DNA of 64,000 nucleotides from Alphaproteobacteria bacterium (GCA_017501665.1 JAFVWM010000034.1:23963-87962), one strand, 5' to 3'; counted from the first letter of the stretch, positions 40,322 through 48,310 are shown. The notes: generated from the letters alone by a model not told the origin. Translations and numbers: made by a program.

Positions 40322-41150
40322 AATAAACTCCCTTACTTGTCTGTGGTAATATACTAAAGTTGTTTCTTAATCTGTTACGTTCATTTTGTCTGTTCAGTAC
40401 GAACTTGATATTTCCGTTTTCGGGATCATATCCGTTTCCGACATATCCTTTTGCCAACAAACTATCAATTAAATTTAATCTGTTATACGGAACACTGATA
40501 GCACTGGAATTAGATTTACTATTATTTTGAAAATCATTATGCATTAAGGCTATTTTACCATTATCCGAAGGATCCGTTGCCGAAGCATACATATTAAAAC
40601 CGTTATTAAAATAAGGCGACATATTCCAATGATTGTTTCTGTCAATAATTGAAAAGGCATCAGAACATCCCAAACTTAAAGCCAATTCCAAACGGCATTG
40701 TATCATCGTCTGATTAAGCTGATTACCACGATACTCAGGATGCACACAATCCGCTCCCATGGCTGCCACCAATGTAGTTCGACCGCCTTCAAAAAAATCT
40801 ATCGGGCTATGAGGAATTTCCGCATCAAAACTCTCCTTATCGCGACATAAACGAATATACGACATACCTATAAGCCTTGAACCGGTAAAAACTCCGATAT
40901 AATGAATATCTTCATTATCAAAGACTTCATGATAATATTCTTTATCGTGACGATGTATAAAACGCTCTTCGCCTTTTCCCAAATTACTGTATATAGTAGC
41001 CGACAAATTTCCCATTTCTTCAGCATCCGATCTGTTTAACGGACGAATGACAAAATTAGGCATTAAATCCTGACAAACACCATTTATTTTTGTAAGTCTT
41101 CCGCGCCACACCGATTGATTATTAACTGTATATCTTTGTAAATTATTCAT
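40311..41150 (-). CDS. GNAT-family N-acyltransferase
   Basis: ...IGVFTGSRLIGMSYIRL...VHPEYRGNQLNQTMIQCRLELALSLGC... is GNAT motif A, Q/R-x-x-G-x-G/A-like. Its stop overlaps the deacylase start by 11 nt. Confidence 0.7.
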   Translation of the reverse strand: MNNLQRYTVNNQSVWRGRLTKINGVCQDLMPNFVIRPLNRSDAEEMGNLSATIYSNLGKGEERFIHRHDKEYYHEVFDNEDIHYIGVFTGSRLIGMSYIRLCRDKESFDAEIPHSPIDFFEGGRTTLVAAMGADCVHPEYRGNQLNQTMIQCRLELALSLGCSDAFSIIDRNNHWNMSPYFNNGFNMYASATDPSDNGKIALMHNDFQNNSKSNSSAISVPYNRLNLIDSLLAKGYVGNGYDPENGNIKFVLNRQNERNRLRNNFSILPQTSKGVYCVC

Positions 41151-41359
41151 TATATATCCTTAAACTTATCACAAAAAAAACGGGATTATTCATCCCGTTT
41201 TAGTATTTATGCAAAATTTTTAAGCGCACACTCAACTTCGACGGGAACATAATTCCTGACGTTTTTTTGATTTGAGTTGTTTCGAAATGCTTAAAAACAT
41301 TTTAAATCCTTTTGTTAAACATTGTGTATTAATATATACAAAAACACACCGATGGTCAA
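41151..41359 (-). promoter_or_regulatory. promoter, 22-codon uORF and intrinsic terminator forming a leader of the GNAT/deacylase operon
   Basis: On the minus strand there is a TTGACC-17-TATATT promoter (41359-41331). A uORF, MFLSISKQLKSKKRQELCSRRS (41300-41232), sits behind AAGGA. A strong terminator, aaaacggga/tcccgtttt plus T8 (41201-41173), lies only 22 nt before the ATG at 41150. Confidence 0.5.
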
Positions 41360-41368
41360 GCAGTTTTT

Positions 41369-42031
41369 TTATTTTTTTTGCAAATACGCCCTTATTTCAT
41401 TAAAATTATTAAATTGTAACAACGGTATTCGTGCATTTGTTTTTTCTTTAATATACTTTTCATCCGTAAATTTTCCCTCACCAAACAAAATCGGTTGTAT
41501 ATTTGCATTATATGCACATTCGCTGTCTTGTTTGGAATCCCCTATCAACCAAACATTATCTTTGTTTATTTGATATTTTACATCATCCAATGCCTTAAAA
41601 ACCGGCGCAGAGCTAGGTTTATTCAATACAGCATCACCGTTTCCCAAAATTTTTTTAAATACAATTTCCGGAAAACATAATTCAACCTCTTTCAACAACA
41701 ACGACTTTTCTTTATTAGAAATAATATACAAATCAATACCCTTTTGACTACAAAAATCCAAAAAATCATTGGCATTTTCCATCGGATAGACTTTATTATA
41801 AGCATATTTAACATAATATTCCAAATATTCACGATATGCTTTATCCGCATCCTGAGCAAAAAAATTAGGAAAATTTTCTTTTAGTGATTTAGCGGTATCT
41901 CTATATTTAGTTTTTGTAATTGTCCAAGGTTCTTTATTATATTTTTTCAAAACATATTCCATTGTTTCCACAACGGCATCTCTTGTATGAGCAAGCGTTT
42001 CGTCCCAATCTGATAAAATAGCCTTTGGCAC
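41369..42031 (-). CDS. HAD-superfamily hydrolase (phosphatase-like)
   Basis: Motif I SDWDETL (DxDxT), motif II IISNK, motif IV IGDSKQD. Confidence 0.8.
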   Translation of the reverse strand: MPKAILSDWDETLAHTRDAVVETMEYVLKKYNKEPWTITKTKYRDTAKSLKENFPNFFAQDADKAYREYLEYYVKYAYNKVYPMENANDFLDFCSQKGIDLYIISNKEKSLLLKEVELCFPEIVFKKILGNGDAVLNKPSSAPVFKALDDVKYQINKDNVWLIGDSKQDSECAYNANIQPILFGEGKFTDEKYIKEKTNARIPLLQFNNFNEIRAYLQKK

Positions 42032-42195
42032 TTTATAGCTCCTTTCATGTACTGACCAATATATATTTATTATTTAATATATTGTCAATTTTTTATCCGC
42101 AAAAATCAAAAAAATAAGCTTTTACCGTTTTTTATAATTGATTTAATCATATTTTGTGATATATACATAAGCCTCACTAAATTATTATTAATATT

Positions 42196-42381
42196 ATGAA
42201 AAAGAAATTAAAAAAAATAACAATAATTCTCGTTGTATTATTATTGTTGTTTGGCATAGCAATCACAATAAGCTTTGCTATCTGCTATTGGACCAAGCTT
42301 GAGGCTACACCTCTTGCAGTAATAGCAGGAATTCTTGTCTTTTTAATTCTGTTGACCTTTTACAGATGCAAAGACAATTAA
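42196..42381 (+). CDS. small membrane protein (61 aa, two TM helices)
   Basis: ORF with two hydrophobic helices. No other support. Confidence 0.4.
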   Translation: MKKKLKKITIILVVLLLLFGIAITISFAICYWTKLEATPLAVIAGILVFLILLTFYRCKDN

Positions 42382-42541
42382 AAAAAAGCGCTTTTTTGAA
42401 ATTCCTAAAATCAGGATTATTCAAAAAAGTGCTTTTTTTAAAATAAATCTATGTCGAAAGCCTTAAAAATGTTAGTCTGACAAATAACTTCGCCAGTCCG
42501 GTTCAAATTTGCAGATAACGCTGTTGGCTTCCATAATAATG

Positions 42542-42570
42542 TTGACTGCTTTATGAGTTTAAGATATAAT
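42542..42570 (+). promoter_or_regulatory. near-consensus sigma-70 promoter of the HEMGH protease-like gene
   Basis: TTGACT (42542-42547), a 17-nt spacer and TATAAT (42565-42570), followed by AGGAGG 9 nt before the ATG at 42599. Confidence 0.55.
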
Positions 42571-42598
42571 ATAACCTATATATAGGAGGCATTATCAT

Positions 42599-43348
42599 AT
42601 GGATATTTCTGCTTCGCAACAATTCAACCTTCAAAATCATTTAACTGCTTTGGGAGACAAATATTTACAAGATTTTCCCGAAAAAGAGCAAATACAATCA
42701 AGCATATCCTATGAAGAAGGGCGAGATAATAGCATATATGATTTAGAAGATTTGACTTGGTGGCCTAGTAGAGAAGATTTGGCAAAAAAATGTCCGACTG
42801 AATGTCAAAATCAAGAAAATATTGGTAAAATAAAGCAAATTTTAAGCGATTTTTCAAATGCTGACACCCCGATTGCTCAGGAACTGAAGAGTATTTTGGA
42901 TAATACGGATTTTGTAATAGGAATACGTCCTAGGGAGCAACAGCCTAAACCTAATGGCGGTGCGGTATTTAAAAGAGGAATTGAAAGTGAAAAACACAAA
43001 GCTGTACTTATGGTCAGTGAAGTACTCTTTGATGAAAAAAATAAAGATATATTGCCCGGTTTGTTAGCTCATGAGATGGGGCATTTTATAGATTTTTATA
43101 ATCGTCCTCATGGAGATTATGCAAAGCTGAAATGGCAGGATGGAGCCGAGACATTTGCCGATACAACCGGTGTTTTAATAGCTAAGGGCGCCGGTTATGA
43201 TTGTAATGGTTGGGCAAACTTTTTAGCAACAGAATCAGCAAAAGGTAATAATCCGCCTCATACACATACGGGAAAACATAGAGCAAATAACATTTACGCT
43301 GTTTCCAAAGCTTATGACAAACTTCGTTCCAAACAAATCAGAAATTAG
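42599..43348 (+). CDS. putative zinc metallopeptidase (HExxH; M48-like arrangement), with no signal peptide or TM
   Basis: PNGGAVFKRG...VLMVSEVLFDEKNKDILPGLLAHEMGHFIDF resembles the M48 block (PNAFA...i.vt.gLl...El.aVlaHElgH). Confidence 0.6.
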   Translation: MDISASQQFNLQNHLTALGDKYLQDFPEKEQIQSSISYEEGRDNSIYDLEDLTWWPSREDLAKKCPTECQNQENIGKIKQILSDFSNADTPIAQELKSILDNTDFVIGIRPREQQPKPNGGAVFKRGIESEKHKAVLMVSEVLFDEKNKDILPGLLAHEMGHFIDFYNRPHGDYAKLKWQDGAETFADTTGVLIAKGAGYDCNGWANFLATESAKGNNPPHTHTGKHRANNIYAVSKAYDKLRSKQIRN

Positions 43349-43500
43349 TCATTTTCTAAAACAATCGCTCAATTACGAGGAATATCTCAGGCAACCAAAG
43401 CACCTTATAAACCTCAAACAACAAAGATACATTCTAATACTATGCACCTATATAAAAGCGAAAAAACAAAATAAAATTCGATAACCACTTGTAAAATAAC

Positions 43501-43527
43501 AAAAAAGCCGTCTTCAAAGACGACTTT
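43501..43527 (-). terminator. intrinsic terminator following the displaced tRNA-Gln 3' fragment
   Basis: On the minus strand, gtcgtct-ttga-agacggc is followed by TTTTTT. Confidence 0.55.
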
Positions 43528-43534
43528 CAAGCTA

Positions 43535-43553
43535 TGGCTGCTTCGCCTGGACT
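43535..43553 (-). repeat. 19-nt exact duplicate of the tRNA-Gln 3' end (T-stem 3' strand, acceptor 3' strand and CCA)
   Basis: tggctgcttcgcctggact occurs at 43535-43553 and again at 43736-43754 (inside the tRNA). Confidence 0.9.
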
Positions 43554-43702
43554 GGGTACTCCCGCTAAAGCGGGTCCTCCTCGCGCCGTAAGCCTCAAAC
43601 TTCGTATTTCGCTAAGCGATTTGCTAAGCTCAACACTCGTTTTCGCCAACTATCCGCTCCGAACCAAAATCTTGGTTCTCGCCATGACAAGTGCACCTCA
43701 AC

Positions 43703-43735
43703 AAAAAAACCACCTTTTCAGGTGGATTTTTTTGC
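43703..43735 (-). terminator. intrinsic terminator immediately after tRNA-Gln
   Basis: ccacc-ttttca-ggtgg is flanked by A7/T7 runs, so it is bidirectional in form. Confidence 0.6.
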
Positions 43736-43809
43736 TGGCTGCTTCGCCTGGACTCGAACCAAGATTGACGGAGTCAGAATCCGCTGTCCTACCATTAGAC
43801 GACGAAGCA
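43736..43809 (-). tRNA. tRNA-Gln (anticodon CUG)
   Basis: The 74-nt hand fold is: acceptor TGCTTCG/CGAAGCA (U1:A72), D arm GTCT-AATGGTA-GGAC, and anticodon arm GCGGA-TTCTGAC-TCCGT. The variable loop is CAAT and the T arm is CTTGG-TTCGAGT-CCAGG. The discriminator is G and the CCA is encoded. Confidence 0.92.
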
Positions 43810-43859
43810 ATCATCGTTATCGGTTTCGTTATATAAATCAACTTTTAAACAAAAGCAAG

Positions 43860-44339
43860 CTATTTCTTCAAGTTTCTTTTTAACCTTTTTTGTTTTTCCT
43901 CACGTTTTTTTGCTCTCATCTCTGCTTTTTCCTCTGCCTTTTTTTGAAAACGTGATTTTATTTCATTCTTTTTCTTTTCCTTATCCATTTGCACTTTTTT
44001 TTCAGCTTTTTCTCTGGCTGCTTTTTGAAAACGAGACTCTTTTTCTTGTTTTCTTTTTAATATTTCCTCATGCTTTTTCTCTCTTCTTTCGGTGTTTGCT
44101 ATGGCTTTTTTCTTAAAGGCACTTGTTTCATTGGCTCTTTCAAGCGCAATCGCCTCCCTTCTTTTTTGTAAACGAGTTTTTTCTACCTCAGGCACGCTTT
44201 TTACCTCTGTGGCAACATTTTCAACAGCCGTATTTTCTTCTTCTAAAGTTTCGTTTTTATCAGGAATTTGTTCCTCATTTGCCTTAACCTCAGCAACAAA
44301 AAGACTAAACAAAACAGTAACCAACAACCAAAATCTCAT
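43860..44339 (-). CDS. secreted Lys/Glu-rich coiled-coil protein
   Basis: Signal peptide MRFWLLVTVLFSLFVAEVKA, then a charged repetitive region with the repeated SRFQK(A/K)AxEKAE. Confidence 0.6.
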   Translation of the reverse strand: MRFWLLVTVLFSLFVAEVKANEEQIPDKNETLEEENTAVENVATEVKSVPEVEKTRLQKRREAIALERANETSAFKKKAIANTERREKKHEEILKRKQEKESRFQKAAREKAEKKVQMDKEKKKNEIKSRFQKKAEEKAEMRAKKREEKQKRLKRNLKK

Positions 44340-44451
44340 TTTCTACCTTCCCTGTTATTTTCAACACAAACATAATTTATACTCAAACATTTGACTAATC
44401 AATAGTTTTGTGTTACAAACATCGCGACAAAAATAAAAATAAGGAATAATT

Positions 44452-44865
44452 ATGAAGAAAAAAATTACAGTTGCCGCCGCAGCATTAGTTAGAGATAACA
44501 AATTGTTTATCGCTCAGCGTCCGGCTACCAAACTACCTCCGCTTGTTTGGGAATTTCCCGGTGGAAAACCCGAAGAAGGCGAAACACTTCCACAAGCTCT
44601 CCGTCGAGAACTTCAAGAAGAATTGCAAATAGATACCATAATCGGTGATTTCATTATGAAGGTAACTCATGTATATGATTTTGCCGAAGTAACAATCAAT
44701 TTGTATTGGGCAAAAATGGTCAATGAAAATGATACCATTGTCGATAACGAACATGCTCAAACAGCATGGATAAGCTTAGAAGAAATCGATAATTACGAAT
44801 TTGCACAAGCCGATATTGAATTAATCGAGAAACTACGCAACATCGGATTTTCATTAAACCGTTAA
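44452..44865 (+). CDS. mutT: NUDIX hydrolase, MutT-like (8-oxo-dGTP diphosphatase type)
   Basis: Nudix box GGKPEEGETLPQALRRELQEELQI at the typical MutT size (137 aa). Confidence 0.8.
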   Translation: MKKKITVAAAALVRDNKLFIAQRPATKLPPLVWEFPGGKPEEGETLPQALRRELQEELQIDTIIGDFIMKVTHVYDFAEVTINLYWAKMVNENDTIVDNEHAQTAWISLEEIDNYEFAQADIELIEKLRNIGFSLNR

Positions 44866-44870
44866 ACAGC

Positions 44871-44900
44871 AAACAAGCCGGAATCACTTCCGGCTTGTTT
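44871..44900. terminator. bidirectional terminator between mutT and the 961-aa gene
   Basis: aaacaagccgga-atcact-tccggcttgttt is a 12-bp perfect stem. Confidence 0.6.
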
Positions 44901-44929
44901 ATTATGATAAAAGTATGTTTATAAATATT

Positions 44930-47815
44930 TTATTTTCTTCCATGTTTTCTTCTGGCAGATTCAACCAAAAGTCTTGAAGAAAATGTTGTTTTTGCTTCTT
45001 TGGGGTTAGCCAGCATCTTATCAAAAACACCCTTTTCACGCATTTGACGATATAATGATTTGAAGTTTTCTCTAGTATTTTCAATACCTTTTTCTTCCAT
45101 AGCCATACCGACCAAATGTTTACGATTAACCGGCGTATTAGGTATATATTGCTTCAACGCTTTTTCACGCGGCATTTTTTGTGCTCTATCAAGTTCCTCA
45201 TAAAATTTTTGGTGAAGTTCTTTATTTTCGCGCCATTCTTGCGGTGTTGTATTACCTTCTTCACACATTTTATCAAAAATAGCACCGGCAAGCATTCGTC
45301 CTTTCAAACTATGTGCTCCAACAAATTTAGCTAATTTTTGTGGCATCTCCGGACATATTTTCCATGCTTTACAACAATCAAATAATGTCTTCTCACTAGG
45401 TAAACGTTCTTCCGATACTGTCAATCCTCCTTTTTGAATGGCATTTACCATTACCGGATACATCCAATCTTGCAATTTATCAAATTTGGCGATCGGCAAC
45501 AAATCTTCCGGATAGTAACTGTTATAATCAGAATTATAAACGTTCGGACGTTCGTTTAACGCAACAAACAGTTGATCAACGCGTTTAGCTGTTCTGAAAT
45601 CGTCAATACCTGCTTCTGCCATATCATATGAAAGTTCTTTATATCCGCCTGTTACTCGCATACACATATCACGTCGAGCCACAAAATCACGTGCATCTTG
45701 AAAATCTTCATAAGTAAGAGATTCTTGATATTTTTTAGAATCAAATTTTTGCTCGTTATCCTCGGAACGATTTTCATAAAAAGCTATATATTGCATTTTT
45801 TCTTTCGCCTCTAACCTGTTTAATAGAGAAGCAATATTTTCTTTTTCCGGATCTTCTATATGTTTAATACACATTTCAACATAAGGAAGTTCCTTAGTTT
45901 TAAGAATATCCCCCACAAGATTCGGATACTTTTTGGCATTTTTAACCAACCAAACTTGAACAAGTTTAGAAGGCTTATTACTATAATAATCATCTTTGCT
46001 AATCTTATCTTTGATGATATCCATAATTTTTGCTGTTTTATCTTTATCAAGCATAACATTTTTCTGCCCGACAAGATTTTCAAAATTATCATCACGACTT
46101 GCATATTCTTCATAAATCTTAGCAAATGCATCAAAATTTTCTTTTGAAATATTTTTTATCTCCGGAATAAGCGAATGGTCAGTTATAGCAACATTCTGAA
46201 CAAAAATATCATCATCAAATACATTTTTGTGTTTATAATAGTAAGAAATATCTTCGTTTAATACGCGTAGAAAAATTGGTTGTAAATTCTTTTTTCGGCT
46301 AGAATACATATCTTTTCCGGTTTCAATCAGATAATCACAAAATTCAGGCGATAATTTTTCAGGAATATTTTTAAGATAATTAATTGCTGCGCTTATCTCT
46401 TCTTTTTCAATGTAATGGTGATCATACGTTGCTAATATATGAACAAAATCCTTATAAAATTCCATCTTATCAACATCGTTTGGTAATTTTTTCAGCGCTT
46501 GTAGATATTTTCCTGTATATTGCCCCTTTTTTCTTCTGACAAGTTTACCTAGCTCTTTACAGAAGCCAACAGATAAATTTGGTTGTTTTTCAACAACATC
46601 GCAAACACACTTGTCCATACACCAAGCATATGTAGAGCCATCATTTGCCGAACGAACAATAGCCTCGCAAAATTCATCAGAAAATCTACTATTATTTTTT
46701 ATATATTCTTCCAAATATGTTAAAATACGTTCATGTATACCAATATCATGTGATAACACTTTATCATTTAAAAGTGTAGTCAGCATTTTTTCTTTATCTA
46801 CATTAGGTAATTGCATATCAAGAAAAGTATAAAAAGCGTACATTTCTTTATTTTCACTAACACCTTTGTTTTCTTTTAGAGAAGGCATGGCGTTGAATGC
46901 TTCTAAAACCAATTCTTGATTCTCTGTTGCAATATATGGTAAACATTCTATCAATCGTGATGATGGAATTAATGATGCATTATCAATAAAAACTTGAGGT
47001 GCTTTTTCTGCCATAATTTTATAAAACTTTTCATTATATTCCCTATATTCTTTATCTGCATCACTTTGTTTGATTGAATTAAAACTATCAAAAATATTCT
47101 GAGCTTGTTCAGGGTGTTTTTCCAATATTAGTAAAGCTACATCTACATAATCGCTCATTAAGCATAAAAAATGATTTTTGGTAAAAGAACCGTTCATCTC
47201 TTCATTCTTATCTAGCGCATTCTTAATAATATTAAACTTTTCTATTTCTGAATCTGCTATTGCTATTTTTTCTTTAGTGTCCGAAAATAAAATATTTTCT
47301 GGATCCGTATATTGACACCCATATGTAGAATTATAAACTATTCCATGCGAAATATTTCCAATAGCCATATGATACATATAATTTCTTTTACTATTATAAT
47401 GTTTAAGTTCTATATAATGAGAAGGAAATAGACCCGTCCCATATTTTTCTATTGGTGAAGCATAAATTGCAGCATTACAAATTGCTCCTTCATAGAATAC
47501 ATTATTAATCAAAGGCACAAACATCTTATTGGTAACAGGCATGACATCTAATAGTCCCGTAGAATCTTGTGTTAAATTACCATTTTTATCTTTGGATACT
47601 GAATTTAAAATTTGCTTAATAGCATTATTTGCTTCAGATGACGAATAAACCCCATACCTACTTAATACATCATTCAAGTCAACTTTTTGACCGGAAGCAA
47701 TATTATCTTCACTTATACATATAAACGTAAATTCCGGATGCTCTGTGGAGCGCCAAACTTCATTACCATTTTCATCTTTTTCAATATCAAATTCTCTTCC
47801 TAACATATCCTGCAT
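44930..47815 (-). CDS. large hypothetical protein (961 aa), effector-like; the N-terminal ~190 aa have a Cys/His-containing globular region, and the rest is predicted helical
   Basis: A very long intact ORF with RBS AAGGAGAG 5 nt before the ATG at 47815. I see no P-loop, HExxH or signal peptide. Confidence 0.8.
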   Translation of the reverse strand: MQDMLGREFDIEKDENGNEVWRSTEHPEFTFICISEDNIASGQKVDLNDVLSRYGVYSSSEANNAIKQILNSVSKDKNGNLTQDSTGLLDVMPVTNKMFVPLINNVFYEGAICNAAIYASPIEKYGTGLFPSHYIELKHYNSKRNYMYHMAIGNISHGIVYNSTYGCQYTDPENILFSDTKEKIAIADSEIEKFNIIKNALDKNEEMNGSFTKNHFLCLMSDYVDVALLILEKHPEQAQNIFDSFNSIKQSDADKEYREYNEKFYKIMAEKAPQVFIDNASLIPSSRLIECLPYIATENQELVLEAFNAMPSLKENKGVSENKEMYAFYTFLDMQLPNVDKEKMLTTLLNDKVLSHDIGIHERILTYLEEYIKNNSRFSDEFCEAIVRSANDGSTYAWCMDKCVCDVVEKQPNLSVGFCKELGKLVRRKKGQYTGKYLQALKKLPNDVDKMEFYKDFVHILATYDHHYIEKEEISAAINYLKNIPEKLSPEFCDYLIETGKDMYSSRKKNLQPIFLRVLNEDISYYYKHKNVFDDDIFVQNVAITDHSLIPEIKNISKENFDAFAKIYEEYASRDDNFENLVGQKNVMLDKDKTAKIMDIIKDKISKDDYYSNKPSKLVQVWLVKNAKKYPNLVGDILKTKELPYVEMCIKHIEDPEKENIASLLNRLEAKEKMQYIAFYENRSEDNEQKFDSKKYQESLTYEDFQDARDFVARRDMCMRVTGGYKELSYDMAEAGIDDFRTAKRVDQLFVALNERPNVYNSDYNSYYPEDLLPIAKFDKLQDWMYPVMVNAIQKGGLTVSEERLPSEKTLFDCCKAWKICPEMPQKLAKFVGAHSLKGRMLAGAIFDKMCEEGNTTPQEWRENKELHQKFYEELDRAQKMPREKALKQYIPNTPVNRKHLVGMAMEEKGIENTRENFKSLYRQMREKGVFDKMLANPKEAKTTFSSRLLVESARRKHGRK

Positions 47816-48126
47816 AATTTCTCTCCTTGTTTCGTGTATATAAAAACCACCATTTCACGAGAAAGGTGGTCGGAGAGTTCATAAATCATATATGTTGAAA
47901 TGATCCTTTGAGTCTTTAAAACAATTCCCTAAGGTAATGTTTCTGGACATACACTCAAAGCTCCCCGACTATTATATCGGGGATTTTGTTGTCTAGACAA
48001 CTAACGACGCATCCTAAAACGCCGCAACATATAAAGAGCTTATGAAGGCTCCGCACCCTCTCAGGTGCTATTAGTACTTTTATACTAACTAAGTAGCATA
48101 ATATCATAAACTTAATATTATGTAAA
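47816..48126 (-). promoter_or_regulatory. promoter plus ~275-nt structured 5' leader with a terminator/antiterminator and RBS-sequestering helix (riboswitch- or attenuator-like, class unknown)
   Basis: On the minus strand there is a TTTACA-17-TATTAT promoter (48126-48098). Stacked hairpins follow: GCACC/GGUGC, GAGC/GCUC, UCCCCGA/UCGGGGA, and the long-range CUUUGAGU/ACUCAAAG. A terminator, CCACC-N13-GGUGG plus U5, comes next. CUCUCC pairs with the RBS GGAGAG. Confidence 0.45.
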
Positions 48127-48183
48127 GATTTTTTAGACAAAATATTTGCAAGCTAAAATATTAAACGTTTTATCAAGCAAAAA

Positions 48184-48310
48184 GAGCCCGATTGTTCGCA
48201 AAAAAAGCCCTGACATAAAATCAGGGCAAAACATGGGGCGAACGAGTTTGTGAGCAAAAAAAAGCCCTGACATAAAATCAGGGCAAAACATGGGGCGAAC
48301 GATCGGGCTC
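48184..48310. repeat. composite repeat at the tRNA-His 3' end: a 57-bp-period tandem duplication plus an inverted 16-nt copy of the T-arm/acceptor segment
   Basis: A 46-nt unit, aaaaaaagccctgacataaaatcagggcaaaacatggggcgaacga, occurs at 48200-48245 and 48257-48302. gagcccgattgttcgc (48184-48199) is the reverse complement, with 1 mismatch, of gcgaacgatcgggctc (48295-48310). Confidence 0.9.

Noticed and set aside
41221-41290. Independent small RNA in the HAD/GNAT intergenic region
   Set aside because: The candidate helices (ACUCAA/UUGAGU, UUCGA/UCGAA) are short and not nested. The region is better explained as the uORF-containing leader of the GNAT operon reported above.
43535-43735. Possible tmRNA (ssrA) or SRP RNA: a GC-rich minus-strand RNA ending in ...GCGAAGCAGCCA, followed by a terminator
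   Set aside because: There is no T-loop (GGTTCGA-type) before the acceptor strand and no 5' partner for the acceptor stem. No reading frame gives a plausible tag ending in hydrophobic AA residues (the best is ANRLAKYEV*). The SRP domain IV motif is absent. The CCA end is simply an exact copy of the tRNA-Gln 3' end.
43534-43836. 100-aa plus-strand ORF in the ORF track
   Set aside because: It runs antisense through tRNA-Gln and the GC-rich repeat block. It has atypical composition and no RBS, so it is an artefact of a stop-free GC-rich stretch.
47990-48070. TPP riboswitch, suggested by the ACCUGAGAGGGUGC element in the 961-aa gene leader
   Set aside because: Only the CUGAGA-like hexamer is present. 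The pyrimidine-sensor helix and the conserved ACCUGAUCUGGAUAAUGCCAGCG-type arm are absent. B12-box, glycine, c-di-GMP and ZTP signatures are also not seen.
48200-48302. A CRISPR-like or minisatellite array
   Set aside because: There are only two copies. The repeat contains a tRNA 3' end plus a terminator hairpin, there are no spacers of foreign-looking sequence, and no cas genes are in the window.
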